Part shown: positions 1 to 11,210 of the stretch, piece by piece
Position numbering within the stretch: position 1 is the first letter of the stretch
Layout: each line of letters opens with the position of its first letter
Translations under genes and position numbers: made by a program
From: Pseudogymnoascus verrucosus
Taxonomy: Eukaryota
Assembly (NCBI GenBank): GCA_001662655.1
Contig: KV460209.1
Reading direction: 5' to 3' (one strand)
Length of the DNA: 64,000 nucleotides
The notes under the pieces: generated by a model
What the model was told of the DNA's origin: nothing
The model's input: only the letters and a program-made list of their open reading frames with translations
Database searches by the model: none

Positions 1-2
1 CT

Positions 3-398
3 CCCCAGGGCCAGTACCCGCCCCAGCACCAAGGCGGCTACGACAACCGCGGCGACCCAAACTCCCAGCAACAACACGGTTACCAGCAACAGGGCGGCTA
101 CCCGCCTCAGGGACACCAGCAGCAGGGCCAGTACGGCGCTCCTGGTCAAGCCTATCCGGGTGGCGGACAGGAGGGTGACAGAGGTCTGGGAGCTACGCTG
201 ATCGGCAGTGCCGGAGGTGGATTCTTGGGACACCAGATGGGTGGAGGTATGCTCGGAACGGTTCTCGGTGGAGTTGCGGGAGCAGTTGGAGCGAATGTCC
301 TGGAGGGCAAGCACAAGAAGAAGAAGAAGGAGAAGAAGGACAAGAAGCACAGGAAGAGGGGTGGGTCGAGCAGCAGCTCCAGCTCGGACTCCGACTAA
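3..398 (+). CDS. 3' part of a glycine-zipper (2TM-like) protein with a Q/G/Y/P-rich low-complexity N-terminal region; 5' end lies outside the window
   Basis: Frame 3 (absent from the ORF track because it lacks a start) reads PQGQYPPQHQGGY...QEGDRGLGATLIGSAGGGFLGHQMGGGMLGTVLGGVAGAVGANVLEGKHKKKKKEKK..SDSD, ending at TAA 396-398. The DRGLG plus GxxxG pattern is typical of fungal glycine-zipper proteins. Confidence 0.8.
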   Translation, partial: PQGQYPPQHQGGYDNRGDPNSQQQHGYQQQGGYPPQGHQQQGQYGAPGQAYPGGGQEGDRGLGATLIGSAGGGFLGHQMGGGMLGTVLGGVAGAVGANVLEGKHKKKKKEKKDKKHRKRGGSSSSSSSDSD

Positions 399-1186
399 AT
401 GTTGGGGGTGTCGCGAGATACTCCCAGGGGATGGGATCGGTTTAGTTAAGGGTATGAGGGGTGGATTTCTGTTGGCGCACTAAGGTGGTTGAGTGCTACG
501 AACTGTTATGCTTGGCCTATGGCACTTTTGATGTTTTTTATGAATGGGCTTTTTCTAGCTGGCTGTATCTATTCGTTGAGTGCGAGCGGAGATTTCTAAT
601 GCAGGACAATAGAGATAGCTTAGAGTGAAAGCTACAGCTGCCTCAGCTTTCTTTTGAACAATTGACGAAGAGCGTTTAGGGTTGTCCATAGCTCTATTTA
701 TTAAATTACCCGCAAGTTCCTGTCAATACATGCGTTTATTCTAAGTGAACCGTCTACCCCGGTGCTAAAAGTCAATAGATCAGCGCCACAAAATTACTAT
801 CAATGTAGGTGTCCTGCATGCTAAGAAAATGCCAATATTTTATCCTACGGATGACGCACAAAGCCCCTCACAAACACATAGCTCTTGGCGTGGGTTTATC
901 TTCGCAGAATGAGAGTCCTAACTATTCGCATCCGTACATGCATAGGCTATATAGGGCAGGCGGGGCATGGCTGGCATCCTGGCACCATGATTTGCGGTAA
1001 TTTATTCCTCCGATTTATCATCTTCTTACGGCTTCATATTATACATCCGTTGATCGGCCTGCACGGTAGGGACCTTGTTGTTTATATATATGTGCATCTT
1101 CTCATCTTATTTAATATCTGCAGCATGTTCTTCGATTTTTTTTGTCGCCCTCCCATCGTATCTATCGCCCAAAGGCACTGTTTGCG

Positions 1187-2316
1187 ATGCTCAACCATAT
1201 GTATGAAATCACGAGCGACTTGACGGATAATCGACCCCGCCAAAGACTCAAGGATCCTGATGAGAAACCTAAGTTTGAGAACCTCGGCTCTGTGAACGGC
1301 TCAACCACAGCCCGAGATACCCAAACTGGTTCATGCAAAAGCAGAGGCGCCGTCCTACTCGCTTGGGCGGATATCGAGCCATGGCGACAATACAACCGCT
1401 TTATTATTCGCAGCTACAGGCCCGCAAGCAACTCCTATCTGAAGTCTATTAGCAGTCTTGGGTACATCCATGACCAGACCGTTAACATCTATAGCCATCT
1501 GCTAGGTGCCGTGGGGTTTGTAGCTGCCGGCTGTGTGCTCTATTCTATAATTTCCCCTCGGTATCATTCCGCAACATGGGTGGACGTTGCGGTATTCGGC
1601 GCCTTCGCCATGGGCCTATTCATGTGCCTAACATTATCCGCTGCATTCCACACATTCAATAATCATTCAAGTATCGTGTATGATTACTTCTTCATGCTCG
1701 ACATGCTCGGCATCAGTTTCCTCATAATGGGCTCCTTCTACCCCAGCATCTACTACTCCTTCTACTGCGAGCCAGGACCGAGGTATTTGTATTGGGCCAT
1801 GGTACGCTACGCTCTGCTCTCACAACAGCTCCCCCATAGAAGAAAAAACGCCCTTTTACTCACAGTTTCTGACAGATCACGGTGTTCGGATCGGGGGTTA
1901 TCATTGCTAGTATCACCCCGAAGTTCAGACACAGGTCCTGGCGGCACCTGAGGACTGCTTTGTTCCTGGCAATGGGGCTGACGGGTATTGTGCCTATGAC
2001 ACATGCGGCTTTGACTTTTGGGATTGATCAGGCGAATCGTCAGATGGGCTGGTATTGGTATATTCGGGAGGCGATGTGGTATGTGGGGGGTGCTGTGATT
2101 TATATGGTGAGTCTCGCACTCCACGGAGTTAACAGGGGATAATCTAATAAGTTTCAGGCCAAGGTCCCTGAACGCTTTGCCCCAGGGAGGTTTGATGTCT
2201 GGGGGAGCTCTCATCAGATATTTCATGTCTGTGTCCTTTTGGGAGCTGCGTCGCATCTGACTGGTGCGATCAAGGGGTTTGATTATAATCATGACCCTAT
2301 GACGCGCAGATGTTGA
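1187..2316 (+). CDS. PAQR / hemolysin-III family 7TM protein (IZH/adiponectin-receptor-like); 3 exons, about 1187-1801, 1876-2106, 2158-2316
   Basis: Motifs HDQTVNIYSHL, SAAFHTF, DMLGI and, after splicing, PERFAPGRFDVWGSSHQIFH. Introns 1802-1875 and 2107-2157 are GT..AG and restore the frame. Start ATG is uncertain (1187 or 1199). Confidence 0.9.
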
Positions 2317-2557
2317 GAGAAGTATGACTGGCAGCGTTATTCTCAGGAAGGCTAATTAACTTCTTTATAAACCGAGAATATCAGTGGGTCGATAGTAGGG
2401 AAATTGTTGGATATCAACGAGGCTGATAGCCTATATTTCCAAGGAAGATTCGAGAGGTGTTTGGGCGATAGCTTTTCAACAAGTTAAGCATATGGTGATT
2501 AGGTATTAGTATATAGTTCGGGAGACTTCAGAGGCTCAAGCGAGTCAAGCGTGTTGC

Positions 2558-2766
2558 AAAGGAAGGAGCAATTCTTGATGATGATGAAGGAAGGAGCAGC
2601 CCCTCGTGCTCTAGAAGGAAGGAGCTGCCCTCTTACATTGGTGAGGAAGGAGCTGTTCATTATGCTGTAAAGAGAAGGAGCAGCCCACCATCCTCCCGAA
2701 GGAAGGAGCGGCTCCTTATTTTGCAAGCGGAAGGAGCAGTTCTCTTATGTCGCAGAAGGAAGAAGC
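2558..2766. repeat. 28-bp-period array: 7 exact copies plus 1 degenerate copy of the core GAAGGAGC with divergent intervening sequence
   Basis: GAAGGAGC starts at 2562, 2590, 2618, 2646, 2674, 2702 and 2730 (exactly +28 each); GAAGAAGC occurs at 2759. Confidence 0.9.
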
Positions 2767-3073
2767 GAGTGACGGCGACGGTTGGAACTAAGATTAATAA
2801 TATATTTTGCAAATATGGAAGGAACGATTCACTACGCAAGCCATATGCTCGCACTTTCCCTACTAACGGTGACGGAACTCACAGTGAAAAGCGTAGAACG
2901 ATTTCGAGTCCACAAGATTATCCCAAGGTCATCGAGGGCTGCCCATTAAATAGGTGACACTGCAGTGTAATATACAGACCAAGATTGTCTCTGTCTAGAT
3001 TTTGTGCTCATATACCCATTAAGATTCGTTAAGCGTCGCGGTGGCGAGATACAGCCCTTTGACCCATCTCGTC

Positions 3074-4675
3074 TCAGGTGCCAGCCTTCTCATCAGCACC
3101 CTCCCTCATATCTCCCTCCAGCATGCTACTAGACCCATAAACGCCACCGTCAAGGATCACTTCCTCATTATCATCGTAGTCGTCTTGCAACCGTCGCCAC
3201 GTCTTTTTTCTCGTCTGCGCCTCGCCATCTTCCACCCCCTTCCCCTCAGGAGGCGTAAAGACCGGCCTTATCAACCCCCCAATCAGCGGGTTCCGACTAT
3301 ATGCTCCCCCCGATGTCCTCGCATCGGCCTGCTCGTAGCCACCAGCATCTACACCTTCACCCTCATCTATATTTTCCTTATCCTCCACAGTATCATGGTA
3401 CTTAACATCCACCCTCTTAAACGTCTTCACCAGTTTCCCTCCCACAACATCCAAGCTCACCATCTCCCTCTTCTTCTCATACTCCGGCTTAGCATTCCAC
3501 TCCTGCTCCCTCAACACCTTCTGCTGCTGCTTCAGCATCCTCGCCCGCTCCATCGGCCCCGCCCATTGACTAACGCCCACATCCGGCGTCGCAAAGTCGG
3601 CAGCCTCATCGTATACCCGCGTACGACTTGCATTCTGCGCCTGGAACCCTAACAAGCGGTCACGATGCGCCTGCGCTTTCTCTGCGGCGCTCAATCCCTC
3701 CCCATCACCCCTCGAGATCTCTGCTGGCGTCGGGCCCGCAGGCACGGCCGCCGCACGGCTCACGTAGGGGTTCTTGGTTGTCTCAACCCGGCGATGTGCA
3801 GCGCGGTCAATAGCTTGTTTCTCCTGCGCCCTATCGGCCCTCAATTCTCGCACGATATTATCGCGGTCCTCGGGCCGGAGGATCGGCTGGCCGCAGAACG
3901 TGCACGGTCCGAACCCCTCCTTGACACATATGACTTTCCCGCAGTTGAGGCAGTTCGGCGCGGCAGCAAGGAGAGCATGTTTCGTGGCTATACAGTTGCA
4001 GGCGCGCGAGGCGTTGGAGACGGCGGATGTAGATGCGTTCTCGAGACTGTAGATAAGGGCGTCGAGTTCAGAGAGGTTCGCGGAGGCGCTGCTCATGGGC
4101 GTGCCGCCTGTGATGCTTATTTTCGTAGGCCGCGCGGAGGGGCGCGCGGGGGAGGAGGTGCGGGTTGTTGGGGCGCTGGATGGTTTTTTGAGGGGATCGG
4201 AGATCAGGCGCCCGGCTGCTGAGGGCGGTGGGCGGGGAGGAGGAGTTTGTGTCTTCTTGGGTGGGTCGCGGAGGCTGAGGTTGTTGTTCTGCTGTGATGG
4301 TCCTGCGCGAGGTGGAACGTAGGCGTCATTGCCTTTCTTTTGGTATGCCTTGCCTTGCCCCGCATAGGTAGTCTCTTGCACCTTGCGGGGAGCGGGAGTG
4401 TGGATTTGCGGCTTCTTCTTTTTGGGCGCGCGGGTTGACTTTGGGACGGCGGACGAAGCGGAAGAAGACGAAGCTTGGTTGCTTGAGGAGCTTGGTGCTG
4501 GCTGACGTCGTGAGTTGAAGGTGGATATGAATTCGATGGATGCTGGTGACTCGCCCAGCAGATTGTTGAAGTGTTCTACGGCTTCTTGTGGAGGCAGAGT
4601 TGATGCGTAGGCAAGGACCTGCTGGAGATCTTCCTCCGGCAGTGGAAGAAGCTTGGAGAGCTGTTGGAGAGACAT
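3074..4675 (-). CDS. RQT4: C2HC5 zinc-finger protein, RQT4/ASC-1(TRIP4)-like ribosome quality-control factor
   Basis: Intronless 533-aa ORF with CNCIATKH..PNCLNCGKVICVKEGFGPCTFCG zinc finger, followed by RDRLLGFQ..RTRVYDEAADF. Confidence 0.85.
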   Translation of the reverse strand: MSLQQLSKLLPLPEEDLQQVLAYASTLPPQEAVEHFNNLLGESPASIEFISTFNSRRQPAPSSSSNQASSSSASSAVPKSTRAPKKKKPQIHTPAPRKVQETTYAGQGKAYQKKGNDAYVPPRAGPSQQNNNLSLRDPPKKTQTPPPRPPPSAAGRLISDPLKKPSSAPTTRTSSPARPSARPTKISITGGTPMSSASANLSELDALIYSLENASTSAVSNASRACNCIATKHALLAAAPNCLNCGKVICVKEGFGPCTFCGQPILRPEDRDNIVRELRADRAQEKQAIDRAAHRRVETTKNPYVSRAAAVPAGPTPAEISRGDGEGLSAAEKAQAHRDRLLGFQAQNASRTRVYDEAADFATPDVGVSQWAGPMERARMLKQQQKVLREQEWNAKPEYEKKREMVSLDVVGGKLVKTFKRVDVKYHDTVEDKENIDEGEGVDAGGYEQADARTSGGAYSRNPLIGGLIRPVFTPPEGKGVEDGEAQTRKKTWRRLQDDYDDNEEVILDGGVYGSSSMLEGDMREGADEKAGT

Positions 4676-5145
4676 TTCGTATTAATCTTGCGAATATACT
4701 GTTGTATGAAGTTAGTATTGCGCCGTCGACATAATAACTTCTGGAGCTTCGGAGTTATGTACGGCCGCGGTGTGATAAGGTTACTCGTGGGGGCGATCGT
4801 TATGTATGTACCTTCCGTATATAACTTAGCACAATGTGTACATCGTTCGTGGTGGATCTTGGTGGACAGGAACAACAAAATGAGGGGGTTTGAGGGGTAG
4901 GACAGCATACAACAACCACCAAGGCCCCTCCCTCTTCTGTTATGTAAACTGCGCCCTTTCAATCACAATATACTCAGGACTAGAGGAGTTATTATCATAT
5001 TACAAGTTGCATATATTGCTTATCTTAAGACATATATCAAGAAGTTATACGTTTTGTTGCAAGATATATTCTGGATAAGCCTAAATAACCCCACCAACAA
5101 GCCTCAATAGAGTCATCGAGGACTCCTGCAATCAAAAGCTTCAGG

Positions 5146-5167
5146 TGACTCACAAGTCTATATAAAT
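5146..5167 (+). promoter_or_regulatory. TGACTCA (Gcn4/CpcA/AP-1-type element) plus TATA box upstream of the Egt2-like gene
   Basis: TGACTCA at 5146-5152, TATATAAA at 5159-5166 and a second GAGTCA at 5110-5115; the ATG is at 5287. Confidence 0.45.
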
Positions 5168-5286
5168 ATTGGTTCTATATCTTTTGTTGCTTCCCGAACT
5201 CTGTTCTTGCAATTGGCATATCCAGAATATATTTTATCATTTATACCCGATATAACACGGCCAATCGCACCATAGTATCATTCAAG

Positions 5287-6693
5287 ATGGACAACTTTTC
5301 TTCACTCCACATCGACCTCCACCTCAGCGAAGCTAAGGATGTGACCTATACTCGCACTCCATTCGGAAAGGAGATGCGGAAGCTCTTCAGCTTTGACCCT
5401 GAGTACAGGAATTTGAACCATGGTAAGGGCCTTTGACTCGAACGGTACCAGAGGCTTATCATCTCTCCAGGCTCATATGGCTGCTATCCTCGCGCAATCC
5501 GGGCAGTAGCCAACCACTTCAAGGACCAGAAGGAGAGTCGCCCCGATCCCTTCGTCCGCTACGCCTACAATGACTATCTGGACAAGTCCCGCGCCGCCGT
5601 TGCTGCCCTTGTCAATGCCCCAGTTAACAACTGCGTGTTTGTCCCCAACGCGACCACAGCCGTCAACACTGTTCTCCGTAACATCCCTTGGAACAAAGAC
5701 GGAAACGACGAGATCCTGAGCTTTAGCACCATATACGGCGCTTGCAACAAGACCATCGCCTACATTCGTGACTCCACTGGCCTTGTTTCCAACCGCGTGA
5801 TCACGACGGAGTATCCAATCTCCAATGCGGACTACGTTTCTCTTTTCCGCAAGGCCATTGCCGCCTCCCGTGCAGAGGGCAAGAACCCCCGTGTGGCCTT
5901 ATTTGACACCATCGCCTCCATGCCCGGTGTCCGTATCCCCTTCGAGGCCCTGACCGCAGTCTGCAAGGAAGAAGGCGTTCTCAGTTTGATTGACGGTGCC
6001 CACAGCATCGGCCAGATCCCGCTGGACTTCGCCACGCTCGATCCCGATTTCTTCGTCTCCAACTGCCACAAATGGCTCTTTACCCCACGCGGATGTGCCG
6101 TCTTCATCGTCGCCGAGCGCAACCATAACATCATCCGCTCCACGCTGCCAACATCGGAGTCCTACCGCCCTGAGGGCGTGCCCGAGAAACCATCGCCTAC
6201 TGGGAACCCGCATTTTGTTGCGATGTACGAGTGGGTCGGCACCCAGGATAACGAGCAGTATCTCTGCGTCCCTGAGGCCATCAAGTGGCGCGAGCAGGTC
6301 TGTGGCGGCGAGAAGGCAATCTATGAGTATAACAACAGTCTCCTGCGAAAGGCGACGAAGCTCGTGGTGTCTGAGCTCGGTACCGAGGTGCTTGAGAATG
6401 AAGAGGGCACGTTGATGGATTGCACCATGTCGTTTATCCGACTGCCGCTCAGCCTTGAGAAAGACGGTGGGTCTGTGAAGGCTGAGGACTTTGGTACTAT
6501 CCTCACGTATCTGGGGCAGACAATGGCCTCGGAGTATCAGTCTTATATTGCGACTAGTGTTTTCCAGGGTGGGATCTGGTGTCGATTGAGCGCGCAGGTT
6601 TATCTGGACGAAGACGATTTTGTGTTTGCTGCGAAGATGCTGAAGGATGTGTGTGAGAGGGTTAACAAGGGCGAATACTTGGCCAAGGCTTAA
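5287..6693 (+). CDS. Class V PLP-dependent aminotransferase / C-S lyase, hercynylcysteine sulfoxide lyase (Egt2)/LolT-like; exons 5287-5422, 5471-6693
   Basis: Spliced LNHGSYG, plus FVPNATTAVNTVL, IDGAHSIG and SNCHKWLFTPRG (PLP lysine). Intron 5423-5470 is GTAAGG..CAG. Confidence 0.85.
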
Positions 6694-7006
6694 GAGACTA
6701 GAGAGACATTTGTTGCGTGACAGTGTATTGAGGATAGTTGGTGATGAGAGCGGAGTTTCATGTTTCTTCGAAAATTTATGACTCGAGAACTCGTAGATAT
6801 CTGTGCCACTTGAAAGACGCCATCGGTTGCGTGGTTTATACATTGAGAATCAAGAGGTTATAATTTGCGGTTGAGCACAAGGATGTTTGAGACGAAGTGA
6901 TAGCAGCTGCCACACTTTAACTGAATTTAAACTCGCCATGGTATATTTACGACCTAAACGGTCCTCTACTCCTTTAAACTCCTTCATAACTTCATATACA
7001 GAGCTA

Positions 7007-8902
7007 CTAATAGTCCGCCCAACGTATCACCTTGGGCGGACTGCTCAGAGGGCTCGAAAGAATCGCGTCTATGCTCGTCAACTTCTTAATCCTCACTGCT
7101 CTGGGCGTCATCGGCTGTGGAAGCACCGGCACAGCCTCATCACTAGTCGGCGGCGACGGTAATGCGCGACGCTGGCCATTTGTAGATTTCGGCTTGCCAT
7201 TGGCGGGGATAGTCAGTCCCTGCACATTGGATGACAGATTGGAGAGTGGGATTCTCGAAGTCTGCTTCTTGGTTGTGGCTGGCAACGAACGGCGGCGTGG
7301 TACGGTGCTCTTTGGAGCTGCCTGCTTGTGCAGTCCATCTATCCTCTTGATCATCTTCGCCGCTTCTTCGTCTTCGCCACGGCCTGTCAACTGCCTCAGA
7401 GATGAAAGAATATTCCATTGAAGGTATGCACCGTTTGTAAGGTCTGGCCTCATAGCGCTGGGATTCTTGGGCGTGGTAGTAGGCTTGTCGTTTTTGGGTT
7501 TCGTCCCTTGTTCAAGCCATATATCACCTCTCCTCTGTCTCAAGTCTGTGACCCATGCATCACAATCCCATTCTACCCAGTAGTCAATCACGTCTCCCCA
7601 TATACTGTCAGGCGGCTTCGTCTGGTTAACAAATACCACGGAGCCGCCTCGTCCATGCACTGCCTTTGCAAACTCTCGGACCATAACTTTTAAACCGTGG
7701 ACACGCATACTCGTGCCTAAGATGAGTAGTATGTCTGGACCGAGAGATAAATCGTGCGTTATGAGAGGCCCAACGAGATCGGCGCTCGGATGCTCCTCGC
7801 CATATAAGACGATATCCGGTCGTAATCTGCCAACAGCAAGACTGCGCCTTCCCTTGTCCTCTCGCTTGGCGCTATTTGCTAAGCACGAGGGGCACTCGGG
7901 AGCGTCGCCTGCTAGAGTCATAACTTGTCGGTCAACGTCCCAAGTTGCCTGCTGTGCACATAGGCCACACCTGAGAAACTTTAAACTGCCATGTAAATGA
8001 ACGACTTCCACGCCGGAGTCTTGCTTTCCCCCTGCTATGTTTTCTGTTTGCGCTTCCTTTCGGAGTTTTGGGTTGAAACGTCCGCGAGTGCCTGGTCCCC
8101 GTGCTAACTCGGTGCAGAGTGTTTCGCGTTCTTCGAGCATGTCTATATTTTGGGTATAATTACGGACAAGTCTGCCCCCATCACGCAGTGCCCGAATGAA
8201 CTTATGTGTGGCTGTCGTTGACGTGACATCGTTGTAAATCTTTTTCCTTAGGCTCGATATGAAGGTGTAGAATATTGACGTTGTTAGCTTGTCAGTCCAG
8301 ATTATGGAGTCAAACAAGTCCTTGCCCTTCATATTCGGAAGGCTTTGTCTCGATGCCGTAGACCTGCGAGACGCCTGAGACGAAGGTATGGGCTCGTTAA
8401 CAGCTTCAGCTGAAACATCTTTTGGGGTCTCCTCCATTTCTTTGGTGGGAATTTCCGAGGGGGTATCTGGATTCGAGCCTGCGGAGTCTGAATCCGTTGC
8501 CTGAGTGTGAAAAGACTGTGATGATCGAAGCTGCCGGCGTAATGGTGCCTCTTTTATAATCCCATTTTCCAGCTCCGAGGACCCAAGAGAGCATGACCTG
8601 TCAAGCTTCCTCCGTTTCAGGGGACGATCATCAATATCGCCAGTGTTGGGATTCGTCTTGTTCGCCGCAGCTGCATCGTATTGGGCTTGAATAAGGGTAT
8701 AAAGTCCGTTCTCCGACCTGAAATCCTATTGAAATCATAAGCTCAATGGATTGGAAATTGTCGGGGCTAAACTTACAGGTATGCCACAATTTGTAGAGAT
8801 TCCAGCTCCTGTTATGACAACCACCTTCTTGGATTTTGACAGGGCATCTGCAATCTCTTGCAGCTGCAGCTCACAAGCCGAAGAAACATTTGTTGTGGGC
8901 AT
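7007..8902 (-). CDS. HST3: NAD-dependent deacetylase, HST3/HST4-type sirtuin; exons 8902-8777, 8725-7007
   Basis: KVVVITGAGISTNCGIP|DFRSENGLY spans the 8776-8726 intron. Also YTQNIDMLE, HLHGSL, two CxxC motifs, LRPDIVLYGEEH and GTS. HST3 versus HST4 is not certain. Confidence 0.85.
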
Positions 8903-10201
8903 TGCACTGTTTCCCTGTCATATGCAGACAATCCGTGGTATCTTCCAGTTGACGCGACTTGGTAAATCTTCAGAACAGTTCTGTCCATAAACGCCTTCAA
9001 GCGCTAAAACAAACAGAAATGTGAACAATCCTCCTTTAAACCATTGTACAAATAGATCTGTTATATATATATATATCCGAGGTCGCGTCGTTCCTCACAC
9101 AGTACCGGTCCTTCGATCTGCTCCAGTTGGGTCGTCGATTGCGCAATATCTCGTAGTAGGAGCCCGCCAAATACACTTCTTCGCAGCACTAGCTGATCCA
9201 AGCAGCGGAGAAGCCCCCACGGGTTATGTTGACTGTTTTGACGCGGAATCTTCGGAAATCGGAGCTGTTCGTCGACGGCCCGTTTGGATGTCGGTGGATG
9301 ATTGAATCGGAGCGAATTAGACGTTAGATAGACGGGTTAAAATCGTTTAGGTATTGCAGGTTCGTTCACCGGGCGGATCAAGTATTCTTGCCCCCAGAAG
9401 TTCGCTGAGAGCTTCAGAGGATCCAAGGCGAACTTCGACGTCGCTGGCGCGTCGGGGAGCAAACACAGTATGAAAGGCGCGCTGTGAGGCTAGTTGTCGT
9501 CGTATAATAAGGCTGACGGTGGGATTTACTGTACGACGTGACACAGGTCCCTCAAGAATCCTGGGTCATTTCGTGTTGTGGTTATGTTGCCGTCGCGCTT
9601 TTGTCGGGAGTTGGGTGTAAACAATGAGAGCTCGTTATCAGACGATTGAGGTAACTCACTGATTGTCAAGGTCCGATCGTCAACCAGCAAGCTGGTCCGT
9701 GCATCCAACCCTTCTAGGGACCTCAGTTACCACCCCGAACTTCAACAACACTGGCGGTCCTGAAAGGCGATACAAATCTGTCTCCTCCAAGAAATGTTGA
9801 TGGTTTATGTTGTTTGCAATATATGCGGTGCATTAAATACAAGTTTTCTCTTTCCGGTGCCCAAATCTCAGTCTACAACGGCGGCCTCTCATCAGTGATA
9901 TGGCGGAGTCGATGTTTGCCCAGCCAGGATGGGCTTCGGTCAGTCCGAAATAACTCATACTACAACTTGAGAGTTTGCCTAGAAGAATAGGCAGTGACTT
10001 TGAAGATATAACCCTTGGCAATCAAGCAAGCTGCATTTGTGTGTATCGTTACAAACCCAAACTCGAGGTCGGATATAAGTCGTGAAGTTTTCCATTGTGT
10101 CATTTTCCTACTGTTTTTCCACTTATCTCTTCTGTTCGTCTTGTTCTTAGACACCTCGATTTTATAGTTCAGGCCTCCCTCTAAGAGCTAAACCCGTCAA
10201 G

Positions 10202-11076
10202 ATGGCCGGTGGGTCCTATGTAATTGGAGGCCCTCGCTCTGCGTGGGATAAACAGTTCGTCTGGCCTCGAGAAGGAAGGAAGGGGAAAACACCAAGAGGC
10301 TGGTGGGGAGGCCTTATGAGCATTATGACAAACACCGGGCCTGATATTTTTATAACCCGGAAGAACGACACGACGCCCATCAAGCCAGATCACTGGGGGA
10401 ACTGGCAAGTTCGAATCCTGATAGCCTCGATTACCCGCTGACCGGCAGAACAGGGACAGCTACGATAGCCCAGAAGCCCAGGCGCGCGAGCGCAGAAATT
10501 ACGCATTCAATGCCGACAGGGGGAACCGGCGCTACGATCCTCATACGAGGAAGTATGTGCTGTGGGAGTTCACCAACAATTACGACCAAGACCCCGTCGA
10601 GAAGTATCCTCTCTTCACGCGCGAAGAGCATGAGTGGCTTGCCCGGCATCCTCGCAAGCGGCGCCCGAAGACCAAAGACTGGAGTGCTGCTGGGCCAAAG
10701 GTAAGTCCTACATCACGCTTGAAACGATGCATACTAACTGTTCGCAATATAGAGGTTCAGGAGAGAGCACAATGATTTTTGGAGAGATGCATTTCGCATT
10801 GGAGAGAATATACGGAATGGAATCCCTGAGCCTGAAGCAAGCCCTACAGTCAATCCAGGACTGTTCATGGATGATGCGTGGCGCAATCTGTATGACAGGA
10901 GGCAGGGGAGATGGCCTTCACTGCGGCGTAGGACTGGGGATGACTCGCTGCTGATCGAGAATACGCGTTATAATCGCGGTCAGATGCGGGGATCAATGCA
11001 TGATTACGGCCTGTATGAGGATGACAGGCTATACGATGGCGAGGATTACGAGGACAGATCGTACTATCCCTATTGA
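10202..11076 (+). CDS. Hypothetical Trp/Arg-rich fungal protein; 3 exons, about 10202-10404, 10454-10700, 10753-11076
   Basis: Three short ORFs (10202, 10557, 10867) join in frame through introns 10405-10453 (GCAAGT..GCTGAC..CAG) and 10701-10752 (GTAAGT..CTAAC..TAG). Confidence 0.7.
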
Positions 11077-11210
11077 TCTCACTGGGTTTGGGTTTGGCAG
11101 AGCTGGTGGCTTCTACTGTTTGACTTTCCGATAGTTATGCGGACTTCATGAAAAGTTAAAATATTTCATTTTAAAATCCGCCAATTTAAATATTTAATAA
11201 ACTGCTATAT

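Noticed and set aside
2558..2766. CRISPR array
   Set aside because: The constant part is only 8-12 bp, the intervals are partly homologous to each other, there are no cas genes, and the host is a eukaryote. Kept only as an unexplained repeat.
10405..10425. tRNA T-loop-like GTTCGAATCC
   Set aside because: It lies in an intron, and no cloverleaf or A-box could be built around it.
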